In this document: in pieces, positions 45,636 through 55,572 of the stretch
Position numbering within the stretch: the stretch's first letter is position 1
How the letters are laid out: each line of letters begins with the position of its first letter
From: a virus
DNA length: 64,000 nucleotides
IMG/VR virus record: IMGVR_UViG_3300043434_000210
Span: 3,059 to 67,058 of that record
Strand: one strand, 5' to 3'
Made by a program: the position numbers and the translations under genes
The notes under the pieces: generated by a model
Database searches by the model: none
What the model was told of the DNA's origin: nothing
The model's input: only the letters and a program-made list of their open reading frames with translations

Positions 45636-47705
45636 TTATCTTCTACCGTCTGGGCGAATATCAATACGCGGGCTACCCAACTGCCAAGCTGTACCTAAAT
45701 TGGCAGACTCAATACGGAACGCCATCTGACGACCGCGGATGCGGGTGTAAACCTGACCAGTAAATTCTTCAACAGGGTACTGTTGCGTTCTTGTAACTGT
45801 CGGAGCGTTGGGGGTACCATACGCACTACCCGCGTTCTGTCTTGGCTTAACAACCATGGTGCAGCTAGGATTAGTCGCATTAGAGCCAGCAAAGGTTACG
45901 TCAGGAAGAATACGCCATACAAACCCAAAATTGTGTCCATCACCGATGTCAATATCGGAAGACTGAATATATGCGTCAATCGCTACAGGCGCTGGACCAG
46001 CAACGTCATCTACACCAACTTCATGGTACAAAATACGGTTGTTGTAATCTGCACCCATAGGGTATTCCCTAATACCTGAATCTAACCAAGCAGTGCGCCC
46101 CATAGTGCCGTAATACCACACACGGTCCAAATAGTTGTACACCACATAGCTATCAACCACGGTGGAATTTGTAGATGGGTAGAACCACCAGATTTCTGAG
46201 TACGCTTCATTAGAGCCAGCAAAACACTGCCACGCTTGGTCAGCGTTTAAGTTCTGGAACACGAACTGGCGCAATGAACATGGTAACGTTTCCACACGAC
46301 CTGAGTACATGAAGAACTTGTCTTTACCCATCCAGTAAGTCACGTTGTTAACCGTGATGGCAGCGTTTGGTGACATGATGGAGATGTTGTCTTGCAGCAA
46401 AGTAAAGCCCCAAACATACGGCGGCCCTAGGTACTGCATAGAGAAAATCGCTGCGTCTGTCCAAACTAGAATCTCTTGGCGTGTGTTTTTAGCGCACATG
46501 ATGTAAGAGCCGTTGGTTAAACGCTGTTCACCAGACTGGTTTAGCGCACTAGGCACCCAATCGTAGGCATTTTCTTGGTCTGACCAACGTACTAACAAAG
46601 GGTCAAACGGTGTGTTTGCGTCTGTTGGGTCATAAGGGTTGGCACCAAACGCAATAACAAAACGTTGTACAGAAGAGGCAATAATTTGGTTTGTAGCGTT
46701 AGGTACAAAATCTCCATCAAAGCCGGCGTTGTCAGCGGCTGTGGACAGTGGGATAGAGCGAGCTGCAACACCTGTGGTTGCATCCCAGTAATACATAGCA
46801 CCGCCACGAGGAGCAATAATTAAATCTTCGCCAAAGTTGTCGTTAGTCCATAAACGGAGCTGCTGACCAATACCAGTCGTGTAGCCTGAACCCCAAGTAC
46901 CGCGTGACCAAGGACCTGCGCCCCAGCCTGTGCCAACTGTGTAAGTGTTCAAGCCTGAATGCTCTAAATAACTAACAGTTATGGTGCCGCCACTGTTTAA
47001 AACTTGAGATGTAGAAAACTCAGTTGTTGTGAAATAACAGAAACCGCTAGCAAACTCAACTACTTGATGCTCTTGGTTAATTGCAGTTGCTGAGATTCCG
47101 CCAATAGCTGCGGAGCCAGCAATGATAATGAAGTCGTTATTGTCTGCAAGGTTGGCTGTATCTTCTAGCGTTATTGTGGCGCAAGCTACGTTAGCACCTG
47201 TTGAATGTGTTGCTGCAGTTGTGCCGTTGTAACCCCGCTGAACGCCTAGTAGCACGTTGCCGGATTTGGCAGCGTAAAACAACTGTTCGCTGTCAATCTT
47301 AAGAAGCCCCTGTGGTGGGAAGTTTGTGGCGTTGGTAAGAGTTATTGTGTTTTGAATAGCCGTGATGTTGCCGTTTAGCGTATTAAACGCTGTTGACAAC
47401 TTGTTTGTGTATGTTTCAACATCAATAATTGGGGTAACGTCGTAATATGCGCCGCCTTTCTCAATGTAATACTTTAAGTTAGTACCAACACCAAGCAAGT
47501 TTTCGCTACCAAGAGTAGACCAGTTCCACAAGGTACGCGCTACGCCAAGATACTGTGAGTTTGATAAGCGTACCCAACCGCCAATTTTCTCTGGGAAACC
47601 AGAACGAAAACGAACTTTGTCACAATCGTACCAACCACCTTCACCAGAGTAGTTGGTATTTTCTTTGTTGACACCAGGACGGAAAACTAGCTTTTGTAGC
47701 GCCAT
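45636..47705 (-). CDS. Tail nozzle / P22 gp10-like stabilisation protein
   Basis: 689 aa; GWYDCDKVRFRSG.PEKIGGW, VRWSDQE, EIWWFYP, RIRGRQ, PDGRR; contains an inserted GYNGTTAATH domain. Confidence 0.75.
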   Translation of the reverse strand: MALQKLVFRPGVNKENTNYSGEGGWYDCDKVRFRSGFPEKIGGWVRLSNSQYLGVARTLWNWSTLGSENLLGVGTNLKYYIEKGGAYYDVTPIIDVETYTNKLSTAFNTLNGNITAIQNTITLTNATNFPPQGLLKIDSEQLFYAAKSGNVLLGVQRGYNGTTAATHSTGANVACATITLEDTANLADNNDFIIIAGSAAIGGISATAINQEHQVVEFASGFCYFTTTEFSTSQVLNSGGTITVSYLEHSGLNTYTVGTGWGAGPWSRGTWGSGYTTGIGQQLRLWTNDNFGEDLIIAPRGGAMYYWDATTGVAARSIPLSTAADNAGFDGDFVPNATNQIIASSVQRFVIAFGANPYDPTDANTPFDPLLVRWSDQENAYDWVPSALNQSGEQRLTNGSYIMCAKNTRQEILVWTDAAIFSMQYLGPPYVWGFTLLQDNISIMSPNAAITVNNVTYWMGKDKFFMYSGRVETLPCSLRQFVFQNLNADQAWQCFAGSNEAYSEIWWFYPSTNSTVVDSYVVYNYLDRVWYYGTMGRTAWLDSGIREYPMGADYNNRILYHEVGVDDVAGPAPVAIDAYIQSSDIDIGDGHNFGFVWRILPDVTFAGSNATNPSCTMVVKPRQNAGSAYGTPNAPTVTRTQQYPVEEFTGQVYTRIRGRQMAFRIESANLGTAWQLGSPRIDIRPDGRR

Positions 47706-47713
47706 GATTTACC

Positions 47714-48190
47714 TTAAGATTCGTAAAGGGCTTTTTCGCCCCTGCGACGTTTATCTAACCCTTTCAGCACTTTACCACCAGCTTTGTTCCACTTCAAGAA
47801 CTCTTCTGCTGCGGCAGCAAATTCACCGCGATTATGTTTCATGCGCAGTGTGCTGTTTTGAAGATTACCGAGACCGACGTTGAATGAGAATGACACCAAC
47901 GCATCAAACTGACCCTGCTTCTCTGTCTTAGGACACAAGCGCATCACACCAGCTTCAAACCTGTTTAGGTCTTTCTTGAGGATGTCGTTAACTTCATCCA
48001 TGCTTAAGGTTCTGTCCCAGCCGGCTGGAATTGGTAGCGCTTTTCTATCTTCTAACTTAACTCGTGCGTGCGTAGGGTCAATGACGTGGCCCACGCCTAT
48101 CGTCCACAATAGCGCAGGGCATTGATAAGGGCGCGTCATAACACCCTCATCGTGCTTAATCATCTCAATAAGCTTATCGCTTACTTTCAC
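47714..48190 (-). CDS. Endolysin, GH24 phage lysozyme
   Basis: E-x8-C-x5-T catalytic triad (EGVMTRPYQCPALLWTIGVGH), FDALVSFSFNVG, KWNKAGGKVLKGL..RR..E. Confidence 0.92.
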   Translation of the reverse strand: MKVSDKLIEMIKHDEGVMTRPYQCPALLWTIGVGHVIDPTHARVKLEDRKALPIPAGWDRTLSMDEVNDILKKDLNRFEAGVMRLCPKTEKQGQFDALVSFSFNVGLGNLQNSTLRMKHNRGEFAAAAEEFLKWNKAGGKVLKGLDKRRRGEKALYES

Positions 48191-48690
48191 TTTTTAGACC
48201 ATCCACGTGAACCGAACCAGTAGCCAATAATGCCGCCAAGCATAGCCATTTCGTCATCACTGAAAATCTCATCAGAAATTCTTAGCAAGTCATCAATGCT
48301 ATTGATAACACCTGGGTGGTTGAATACATAGATACCGATACCCACGTTGATAACAAACAACTCAGCCACAAACAAGTAAGTCACCATCGGACGCACAGTA
48401 GCCACGAACGTAGAAGCCCATGGAGCTGCCTTAGCCAAAACTTTAGCGTCATGCTCATACGCCGCCTTGGTCATTTCTGCATCGGTCTGCATCATGACTT
48501 GGTCAGTGCGAATCTCTTCCATCTTAGCTTGCGCAACATACCCGCGTTCTAGCATCTGGAGCTCGCGCTCTGTCTGCATCTTGGCAAGCTCTAGTTCATG
48601 CGCCTTGTCAGACTTATCTTGGAAGAAGCCCAGTACGCTTGGTAAGCCTGAGATTAAAAGACCACCTAGGGTCGAGATTAAAGATAGCAT
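48187..48690 (-). CDS. Putative holin
   Basis: Three hydrophobic segments, VRP motif, C-terminal YWFGSR; overlaps the lysozyme start. Confidence 0.7.
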   Translation of the reverse strand: MLSLISTLGGLLISGLPSVLGFFQDKSDKAHELELAKMQTERELQMLERGYVAQAKMEEIRTDQVMMQTDAEMTKAAYEHDAKVLAKAAPWASTFVATVRPMVTYLFVAELFVINVGIGIYVFNHPGVINSIDDLLRISDEIFSDDEMAMLGGIIGYWFGSRGWSKK

Positions 48691-48691
48691 T

Positions 48692-49144
48692 TTAGTTTCC
48701 TAATCGGTTTGTTGTTGCGCGTTTAAGCGTGTTCATCTCTGAGCGAAGTGTGGAACTTGTCACATCCAACTCAACTTTTTGTGCAGCCAAGCCAGAACGT
48801 AATTCTTTCTGTGTGCTTTCTGCAACAATCTTAGCTTCACGAGCAGCCATCAATGCTTCGGCTAGACGCTCCTGCATCTTAGCAATTACTTCACGCTGAT
48901 CCGCTACCTTCTCTTCTAGTATCTTGACCTTGCGCTCCGCGCTTGATGCTGAGGAAGCTGTGTCGCTGTAGCCCTCATACATCTCTTTAACTTCGTTGAA
49001 CTTGGTAATACCTGTGTAGCCAGCACCTAAGATAGCAGGTACACCAGCAATGATGAAGCCAGCCACCATGGTGTTCTGTTTGGCCCAAGTAATCCACTTA
49101 TCTACAAAGCCTTGTACTTGGTCTAGTTTTTCTAAATCGCTCAT
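48692..49144 (-). CDS. Membrane-anchored coiled-coil protein
   Basis: One TM segment (VAGFIIAGVPAILGAGY) followed by a long coiled coil. Confidence 0.65.
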   Translation of the reverse strand: MSDLEKLDQVQGFVDKWITWAKQNTMVAGFIIAGVPAILGAGYTGITKFNEVKEMYEGYSDTASSASSAERKVKILEEKVADQREVIAKMQERLAEALMAAREAKIVAESTQKELRSGLAAQKVELDVTSSTLRSEMNTLKRATTNRLGN

Positions 49145-50190
49145 TGCTCAAATCCTAAATCTTGGTTATATGCTGGCTGATTAAAGCCCGGTTGTTGTAG
49201 CAGGTCCATCATTATTAAGTCCTGCGTCAGTAGCTCGTTCGGTATCCCCTTCACTATGCTCACGTCCGGAAACACATTCGCTTGCTGAATCCCAGGCTTT
49301 TGGAAGAGCTCCAACGACAACACAAGGCCAACCACCGACTGTGTCTTTCCCTTTGGTGCTGGTGCTGGGGTAGGGGTTGCCTGCGTAGTCGAGGTTGTCG
49401 CTGAACCCGTCGTGGTCGCCGAGGCACTCGTTGGGGCAGACTCTGTTGTTGCAGATGCGCCCGCTGTCGGGGCAGCGCTTGTTTCCGTCGGTGTTGTTTC
49501 CGTCGGGGTCGTTACCGAGTTCGGCGCAGGTGTTGGGGTCGGCGCAGTTACAGGTGAGGATTGGATTGTTGGGGCAGATATGGTCGAACTTGGACTCACT
49601 GGACTTGCCGGGTTCACAGGCGAAACAGGGTTTGTCGGATTGTTTATCGACTTCTTGCAAGTGTCTGATGTAGTCACCCAAGGTTGCCACACTGGCTGTC
49701 CGTATGGGTCTGGGCACGTCGAGGAACGCGTCTGGGTAATGCTCCCCGTATAACCGGTCTGGCATTGAAGAGTTTGTTGTTGGCTGCTTATTTGGCATGT
49801 TGGCGGGTTTTGGACGCAGCTGTCTTGGATTTTGAACCAGTCGGTTTGGACTGGCTGACCATAGCTACCTGACGGGCAGTTGGTTTCTTTTTTCCAGGTT
49901 TGCGTGCCGCTGTAGTTGACGGGGCAGCTTCTTGTTTCGGTTTGCGCGGAGTAGGTGCAGGTGACGACTTGCGGGGCTTGGTAGTTTGGGCAGAAGGCTT
50001 GTTGCCAGCTCGTGGAGTACGCACCTTGGGCGCAGGCCCAGCAGTCGGCGTTGGCTGTGCAGGAGTTGGTTGTGTAATTCCAAGCAGACGTGCAATAGCA
50101 ATAATTAGATTGCGCATTACTATTCCTTATCGGTAAAAGACAGCTCAACAAGAGCAGGCTCGGGATTAGATAGCGGAGGTACTTTGCCAT
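49141..50190 (-). CDS. Exported Cys-rich protein with Pro/Thr/Ser-rich stalk
   Basis: ORF 49141-50250; the internal Met at 50190 gives a signal-peptide-like MAKYLRYLIPSLLLLSCLLP...SNA-Q; two Cys repeats. Confidence 0.65.
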   Translation of the reverse strand: MAKYLRYLIPSLLLLSCLLPIRNSNAQSNYCYCTSAWNYTTNSCTANADCWACAQGAYSTSWQQAFCPNYQAPQVVTCTYSAQTETRSCPVNYSGTQTWKKETNCPSGSYGQPVQTDWFKIQDSCVQNPPTCQISSQQQTLQCQTGYTGSITQTRSSTCPDPYGQPVWQPWVTTSDTCKKSINNPTNPVSPVNPASPVSPSSTISAPTIQSSPVTAPTPTPAPNSVTTPTETTPTETSAAPTAGASATTESAPTSASATTTGSATTSTTQATPTPAPAPKGKTQSVVGLVLSLELFQKPGIQQANVFPDVSIVKGIPNELLTQDLIMMDLLQQPGFNQPAYNQDLGFEQ

Positions 50191-50626
50191 ATAGTTTGAT
50201 GAACTTTTCAGGGTGTCGTTTAATCCACTCGTCACGAGCTGCATCGCCAACGAGACCGTCGATCGGGCATGGGGTACCAGACATCATCATGGCATCCCAG
50301 TTTTCTTGCCTTGCTGAACAAGCAATTGCTACAGCCGCAACCTTCAAGCCGTTATTAGATAAAAACGTAGCCCACTTACGTCTTGAACAGTCCTCGTCCA
50401 TCATGTAGCTACCGCCAGAAAAGCCAATCACTGTAGAGCTAATAGCCCCAGAGACAGCAACCAAACAGTTATCTTGACTGAATGATGAGATGCTCGGCGC
50501 CATAGCACCGGCGGGTGGCTGACCCTTGTAGTTAATCGTAGTGTCTTGCGCCATCGCAACAGCAAGCATGCCGCCTATGATGATGCCCCCTAAGAGCCAA
50601 CAGACTAGTTGAGCAATACGAATCAT
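50120..50626 (-). CDS. Exported/membrane protein with several Cys
   Basis: Hydrophobic N-terminus ending AMA-Q; C...C...C...GTPCP. Confidence 0.65.
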   Translation of the reverse strand: MIRIAQLVCWLLGGIIIGGMLAVAMAQDTTINYKGQPPAGAMAPSISSFSQDNCLVAVSGAISSTVIGFSGGSYMMDEDCSRRKWATFLSNNGLKVAAVAIACSARQENWDAMMMSGTPCPIDGLVGDAARDEWIKRHPEKFIKLYGKVPPLSNPEPALVELSFTDKE

Positions 50627-50835
50627 TAGAACGTAATCGCAAACGTTGGAACTGAAGTCACCGCTACGGCAACGTGTTGCTCAGGAGTAGATAGGTCTTG
50701 ACCACAGTCGTTACAAACCTTGGCAGTTAACTCAGTCTCGTCCACATCACGACCACAGTTTGGGCAGTAAATCTCAACCTTGGTAGCAACCTCAGTGACC
50801 GCGCCTTGAATCTTTGCTTGGCTCTCTACTATCAT
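50626..50835 (-). CDS. Small zinc-ribbon protein
   Basis: CPNC...CNDC. Confidence 0.6.
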   Translation of the reverse strand: MIVESQAKIQGAVTEVATKVEIYCPNCGRDVDETELTAKVCNDCGQDLSTPEQHVAVAVTSVPTFAITF

Positions 50836-50837
50836 GC

Positions 50838-51035
50838 TTACTCCTCTGTGTATGTAGCCACCGAACCGTCGGTGTAATAAAGCGTTAATGTTTTGCCTGA
50901 GATCACCATGCGAGCCTGCTCGCTACGGCAACACACAGGCGTGTTGATGTCTATGTCTTTTAAGTTGCCTTGTATCTTGTACATGTTGTACAAAACTTCA
51001 GCTTCGTTCTCGCATTGGCAATCTTGACTGGCCAT
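50838..51035 (-). CDS. Small hypothetical protein
   Basis: 65 aa, tightly packed between neighbours. Confidence 0.5.
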   Translation of the reverse strand: MASQDCQCENEAEVLYNMYKIQGNLKDIDINTPVCCRSEQARMVISGKTLTLYYTDGSVATYTEE

Positions 51036-51659
51036 TTAATATCCTAAACTTGTCCACGTTAAAGTAAGCGTTTCACCGCCGAAATCACTAATAAAACCGT
51101 TCCACCACTCGCTAACAGAAATACTTGTACCTGTATCACCTGTACCCCATGCGTTAGGGTAGATTGTGATTTGAACGCTGTTCACTGAGTTACGCGTAAT
51201 AATGTATGTATATCCCACGAGTGTATACGGCCAGTTTGGGGCGCGTGTTTGTGTGCTGCCACCTACGCCCAAAGAGCTTAAATTAACCTGCCACACGTTA
51301 GTCCAGCGTGGGTAGTTAGAGCCGTTTGTTGCACCGCCATATTGCAAGTATTGCCAAGGTACTGTCTGGCAGTTCGGTGGGTCTGTAGGCCATACACCCA
51401 TGGTCAAGAAAATATCGCCAGCTTCACCGTAACGGTCAATAGAGAACCCAGACTGAGCAGAGTAACAACGACCAGCCGATTGACGACCGGTTAAGTTCTG
51501 AACCCACGTTTTATTCTGTAGGTTCTGCATAGTGATTGTGCCGCTAACCTGACCTGCTAGACGGCGTACATTTTGTTGATTGAGGTTAATACCCGTCTGG
51601 CTGACGCTCAGCTCAGTAGCCACGTTGGCCATGGTTATTGTTCCGCTAGGCGTAGTCAT
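51036..51659 (-). CDS. Putative fibre-tip adhesin
   Basis: PSGTITMANVATEL...VRRLAG..SGTITM N-terminal anchor and aromatic-rich C-terminus; coupled to the upstream fibre gene. Confidence 0.55.
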   Translation of the reverse strand: MTTPSGTITMANVATELSVSQTGINLNQQNVRRLAGQVSGTITMQNLQNKTWVQNLTGRQSAGRCYSAQSGFSIDRYGEAGDIFLTMGVWPTDPPNCQTVPWQYLQYGGATNGSNYPRWTNVWQVNLSSLGVGGSTQTRAPNWPYTLVGYTYIITRNSVNSVQITIYPNAWGTGDTGTSISVSEWWNGFISDFGGETLTLTWTSLGY

Positions 51660-52456
51660 TAGATGCTACCGTATGCAGTCACGTTGCCAGTTACAGTTAA
51701 GTTACCTGATGTGTCCAAGCGCATTCTGTTTGTGCCACTAGACCTGAACAGCAACACACCACCAGACTCAACCACTGTCCATCCACCACCTAGAGCCACT
51801 GTTGTAGCCGTGACGGTTGTTCCTGTTATAGCTGCTGGGGTTGAACCGCCGATAACTGCACCGTTGATTGTTCCACCTGTTATGGCCACGCTTGCCGCGT
51901 TCTGAGTTGCCATCGTGCCAAGTGTTGTGGCTGATGCTGCTGTTAGACGACCTTGTGCATCCACAGTGATTGTGGCTGCTGAGTATGTACCCGCTGCTAC
52001 TGATGTGTTTGCCAGAGATACTGTGGCGCCTGATACTGTGATGCCTGTGCCTGCCACAACGCCTGAAGCCAAGAAAAAGTCCGTGCCATCACAGAACACG
52101 GTTTGTGTAGACCCTGTAGGGATTGTGACACCTGAGCCAGCAGATGTTTTAACTGTTACGCCCGCGCCTGTGTTGTTACGGATGATGTATGTTTTCTCAA
52201 CAGCTGGAGCGATTAGCTGACGTGTTGCTGTATTTGACCCACCAAGAACAAGGACCGCGTTACGTGACTCATCAGGTAATCCGTTAAATGCAGTAAGCGT
52301 GTAGTTAGCGTCTACCATTGTGATGTTCACAAGGCCTGTAATCGCCTGTTCAATCAGCGTACCCAAGTTGGTGTTGGTCGTTAAACCCCAGGTTCCGTCT
52401 TGTTCGCCAGAACCAATCATTTCTAGGCGTAGGGTTGGTGAGTAGGTACTTGGCAT
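51659..52456 (-). CDS. Tail fibre protein
   Basis: GEQDGTWG..TNTN N-terminus, TVDAQGRLT, AITGGTI repeats, ends GNVTAYGSI. Confidence 0.75.
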   Translation of the reverse strand: MPSTYSPTLRLEMIGSGEQDGTWGLTTNTNLGTLIEQAITGLVNITMVDANYTLTAFNGLPDESRNAVLVLGGSNTATRQLIAPAVEKTYIIRNNTGAGVTVKTSAGSGVTIPTGSTQTVFCDGTDFFLASGVVAGTGITVSGATVSLANTSVAAGTYSAATITVDAQGRLTAASATTLGTMATQNAASVAITGGTINGAVIGGSTPAAITGTTVTATTVALGGGWTVVESGGVLLFRSSGTNRMRLDTSGNLTVTGNVTAYGSI

Positions 52457-52486
52457 GACTTATCCTTTATTTACTGTTTTCAGCGT

Positions 52487-53476
52487 TTAGGCCGCTATAT
52501 CGCGCCAAACATCATTAGCTGGAGTGTATCTTATTCGTTGCACTGTGGATAGAGGGGACGTAGAGAAAGCTGACCCACCAAACATCGGTCCGTCTTCAAA
52601 ATCAATCGGTGCGTATGGGGTTCTAATGTCTGCCCACCCTGGGTTTTGGGTGTCGTTAATCTGCGTCCAGTTGGCGTTGTCGTCCGTGTTAATGTCTGAC
52701 CAAATTAAGGGGCTTCCAACGATGCCAGTGGCACGTACGCCTAAAACAAACACATCTGCATTAGCCTGAGCCTGGACTGAACCTAAAACTACTGTGCCAA
52801 GCACGCCAGTGACGTTAACAACCGCTTTTGCAGAGACCGTAGCAGTGCCCAACTGCATGGTTCCTACCACGCCTGTTACGTTGATTACCGCATCCGCTGT
52901 GGTTGTGGCTGTTCCTAGCTGAGTTGTACCCTGAACGCCTGTTACGTTGATGTTTGCGTCTGATGTGGTTGTGACGGTTCCTAAAGCAGTGGTTCCTACT
53001 ACGCCTGTGACGTTAACATCTGCTGTACCTGTGGCTTGAGCTGTACCCAAGAAGGCCTGTAATTCAAAACCAACCACCACAACATCAGCGTTTGCTTGAG
53101 TTTCTACTGTGCCTAGCTGGGTTGTGCCAAGGACTCCAGTGACGTTTGTATTTGCATCTGCGGTTACTTGAGCAGTGCCAAGCTGGGTAGTACCTACTAC
53201 GCCAGTAACGTTTACGTCAGCGTTTGCTTGAGTCTGGACTGTGCCAACATATCCAATAGCCTGTTCGCCATCTACGGCAGCCCCACTATCGGCGGAAGCT
53301 ACGGCTTGACCTAGGAATGTAGTACCAACAACGCCTGTGACGTTAACTATTGAATCTGCTGTGACCTGAACAGTACCAACAAAGCCAGTAGCCTGTACGC
53401 CAGTGACGTTGACAACCGCATCTATACCCCCCGTGTCAGCAAAGGGCGCTGCTGCAAACGGAGAGAAACCTAGCAT
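52487..53476 (-). CDS. Structural protein with about eleven 22-aa tandem repeats
   Basis: Repeat consensus A(D/N)AxVNVTGVxGTTxLGTxxxx. Confidence 0.7.
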   Translation of the reverse strand: MLGFSPFAAAPFADTGGIDAVVNVTGVQATGFVGTVQVTADSIVNVTGVVGTTFLGQAVASADSGAAVDGEQAIGYVGTVQTQANADVNVTGVVGTTQLGTAQVTADANTNVTGVLGTTQLGTVETQANADVVVVGFELQAFLGTAQATGTADVNVTGVVGTTALGTVTTTSDANINVTGVQGTTQLGTATTTADAVINVTGVVGTMQLGTATVSAKAVVNVTGVLGTVVLGSVQAQANADVFVLGVRATGIVGSPLIWSDINTDDNANWTQINDTQNPGWADIRTPYAPIDFEDGPMFGGSAFSTSPLSTVQRIRYTPANDVWRDIAA

Positions 53477-53480
53477 TTAA

Positions 53481-53708
53481 TTACTCAGCAGCGGCTTGTA
53501 AAGGGGTTAAATCTTCAGTAGTCCAAAAGTCTTTAGCAAGCATGATTTTAAGATGCTCTTTATTGCGAGCTACTGTATCAGCCCACTCTTGGTCATCCAT
53601 GCCTTCAGGTTTGTCACCATTGATTAAAGCTACTGAATCAAGTGCTGCTGCATAGTGGCGAGCAATTTCTTCGGCTGTAGGCGAAGCCTGTTCAATAATA
53701 TCTGTCAT
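53481..53708 (-). CDS. Small fibre-associated protein (paralogue of 58045-58251)
   Basis: Shares EWADTVARNKEHLKIMLAKDFWTTEDLTPLQ with its paralogue. Confidence 0.7.
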   Translation of the reverse strand: MTDIIEQASPTAEEIARHYAAALDSVALINGDKPEGMDDQEWADTVARNKEHLKIMLAKDFWTTEDLTPLQAAAE

Positions 53709-53709
53709 T

Positions 53710-55572
53710 TTATTTTCCTAGTTGTTGTTTAAGGGAATCTACTTCTGCTTTTAGTTCTTGAATTGCTTTAATGCACAATGAAACCATGTTGCCATAAGCA
53801 AGAGCATCTGGACTGCCATCTTCTGCATATTGAACAAACTCAGTTAAACCAGCTTCATGCACTTCTTCTGCAATTAAACCACCAAATATTTTATCGCCAT
53901 CTCTTTCCGATTTTCCTTGATATGTTACAGGTCTTAGTTTTAATAAATCATCTAAACCATGAACAGAATCTTGAACATTCTTTTTATATTTAAGAGATGA
54001 TGTTGAACGAGCAAAGCTCGCACCAGTACCAGAGCCTTCTACAACCAAATTGGCTGCTGCAGCAGTTGTATTGGAATAGGCTACTGGGCAGAAAATAACC
54101 CCAGAGCTAGAAAGCCAAAATCTTGGATTCCCATCACCATCACTCAAGACAATATAGTTACTTGCTGTGCGGATGTCTAAGCCACCTTGGTTGCCTGAAT
54201 AGCCACCTAGAATGGTGTTTTTAGCACCAGTTGTTACAAGTTCACCACAACCATTAGAGCCGTTATAAACACCAACAAAAGTGTTTTGAGTTCCTGTTGT
54301 TGATTTACCAGCAAAGTTACCAATATATGTGCAGTTATATGAAGTTGTATTGCTGTAACCAGCTTGATAACCAATGGCTGTAATTCCAGCACCAGTTGTG
54401 TTTGAGTATCCAGCTTGATAACCAAAAATCTGATTATTAAATCCTGTTGTAGTGCTATACCCAGCTCGATAACCTACTGCTGTATTGTTAGATGCTGTGG
54501 TGTTTGATTGCAACGCACCAGCACCAATTGCAGTGTTGTTTGAGCCAGTTGTGTTGCTATATAAAGCTAATGAGCCGTTTCCAGTGTTGTCTGCACCAGT
54601 AGTATTTCCATTTAAAGATGCGAAACCAATTGCAGTGTTGTTGTTTGTTGTTGTGGTTGCAGCTAAAGAATAAGCACCTAAAGCTGTATTTTGTGTGCCT
54701 GTAGTATTACTATATCCAGCCTGATAACCAACAGCTGTATTATTAGATGCTGTGGTGTTGCTAAATAAAGCACCAGTTCCCAAGCCAACATTATAAGAAC
54801 CAGTAGTGTTGTTATATAAAGCTGGAATAGTGCCTGAACCGCCCATTGCGATATTAGCCACACCAGTAGTATTTTTGTTTAAGACATAACTGCCAAATGC
54901 AGAAATGTTAGTTCCTGTGGTATTAGAATATCCTGATGCAATGCCAAAAAAGTCGTTGAAAGCACCAGTAGTATTACTAAACCCAGCCTGATAACCTACT
55001 GCTGTGTTATTAGATGCGGTAGTGTTGGCTTGTAAGGCTTGAGCGCCAACCGCCACATTTAAAGCTCCTGTTGTATTTAGCCTTAATGCTTGAACACCCA
55101 CAGCGGTATTTGCGTTACCTGTGGTATTGCTAGTTAAACTTTCAAAACCTAAACCTGAATTGCTATTTGAAGTGGTGTTTGCTGTTAATGAACTTATACC
55201 AACAGCAGTATTTTGGTATCCAGTAGTGTTTACTACTAAAGAATTTCCACCTAAAGCAGCGTTGTAATATCCTGTCGTATTGCCACTTAATGTTTGATAA
55301 CCAAAAGCTGTGTTATATCCGCTACCACTATTTGTAGCTGCTAAAGCACTAGCACCCACCGCAGTATTAGTAGCTACGTTACCTGCGCCACGGCCAATTG
55401 TGATACCTTGGATTGTTATACCGTTGTTTATTGAAACAACTTGGGCCGCACTGATTGAAAGCGCTGTTGTCCCATTGGTCTGTAAAGTCAGTACGCCGCT
55501 GTTATCGGCACTAGTTGTTAAACCTGAAATACCAGATATGGCACCAGAGTCAGCATTAAGGATTACAGGCAT
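53710..55572 (-). CDS. Tail fibre/spike with NTAVG beta-roll repeats and C-terminal intramolecular chaperone (S74-like)
   Basis: About 14-aa NTTGxxNTAVG repeats; STSSLKYKKN, LRPVTY, GLIAEEV, IKAIQELKAE. Confidence 0.85.
   Translation of the reverse strand: MPVILNADSGAISGISGLTTSADNSGVLTLQTNGTTALSISAAQVVSINNGITIQGITIGRGAGNVATNTAVGASALAATNSGSGYNTAFGYQTLSGNTTGYYNAALGGNSLVVNTTGYQNTAVGISSLTANTTSNSNSGLGFESLTSNTTGNANTAVGVQALRLNTTGALNVAVGAQALQANTTASNNTAVGYQAGFSNTTGAFNDFFGIASGYSNTTGTNISAFGSYVLNKNTTGVANIAMGGSGTIPALYNNTTGSYNVGLGTGALFSNTTASNNTAVGYQAGYSNTTGTQNTALGAYSLAATTTTNNNTAIGFASLNGNTTGADNTGNGSLALYSNTTGSNNTAIGAGALQSNTTASNNTAVGYRAGYSTTTGFNNQIFGYQAGYSNTTGAGITAIGYQAGYSNTTSYNCTYIGNFAGKSTTGTQNTFVGVYNGSNGCGELVTTGAKNTILGGYSGNQGGLDIRTASNYIVLSDGDGNPRFWLSSSGVIFCPVAYSNTTAAAANLVVEGSGTGASFARSTSSLKYKKNVQDSVHGLDDLLKLRPVTYQGKSERDGDKIFGGLIAEEVHEAGLTEFVQYAEDGSPDALAYGNMVSLCIKAIQELKAEVDSLKQQLGK

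Noticed and set aside
49181-50136. Long alternative-frame ORFs (49181-49798, 49788-50117) as overprinted genes such as an embedded spanin
   Set aside because: No clear RBS or lipobox. Open frames are expected in GC-rich, Pro/Thr/Ser-coding low-complexity DNA.
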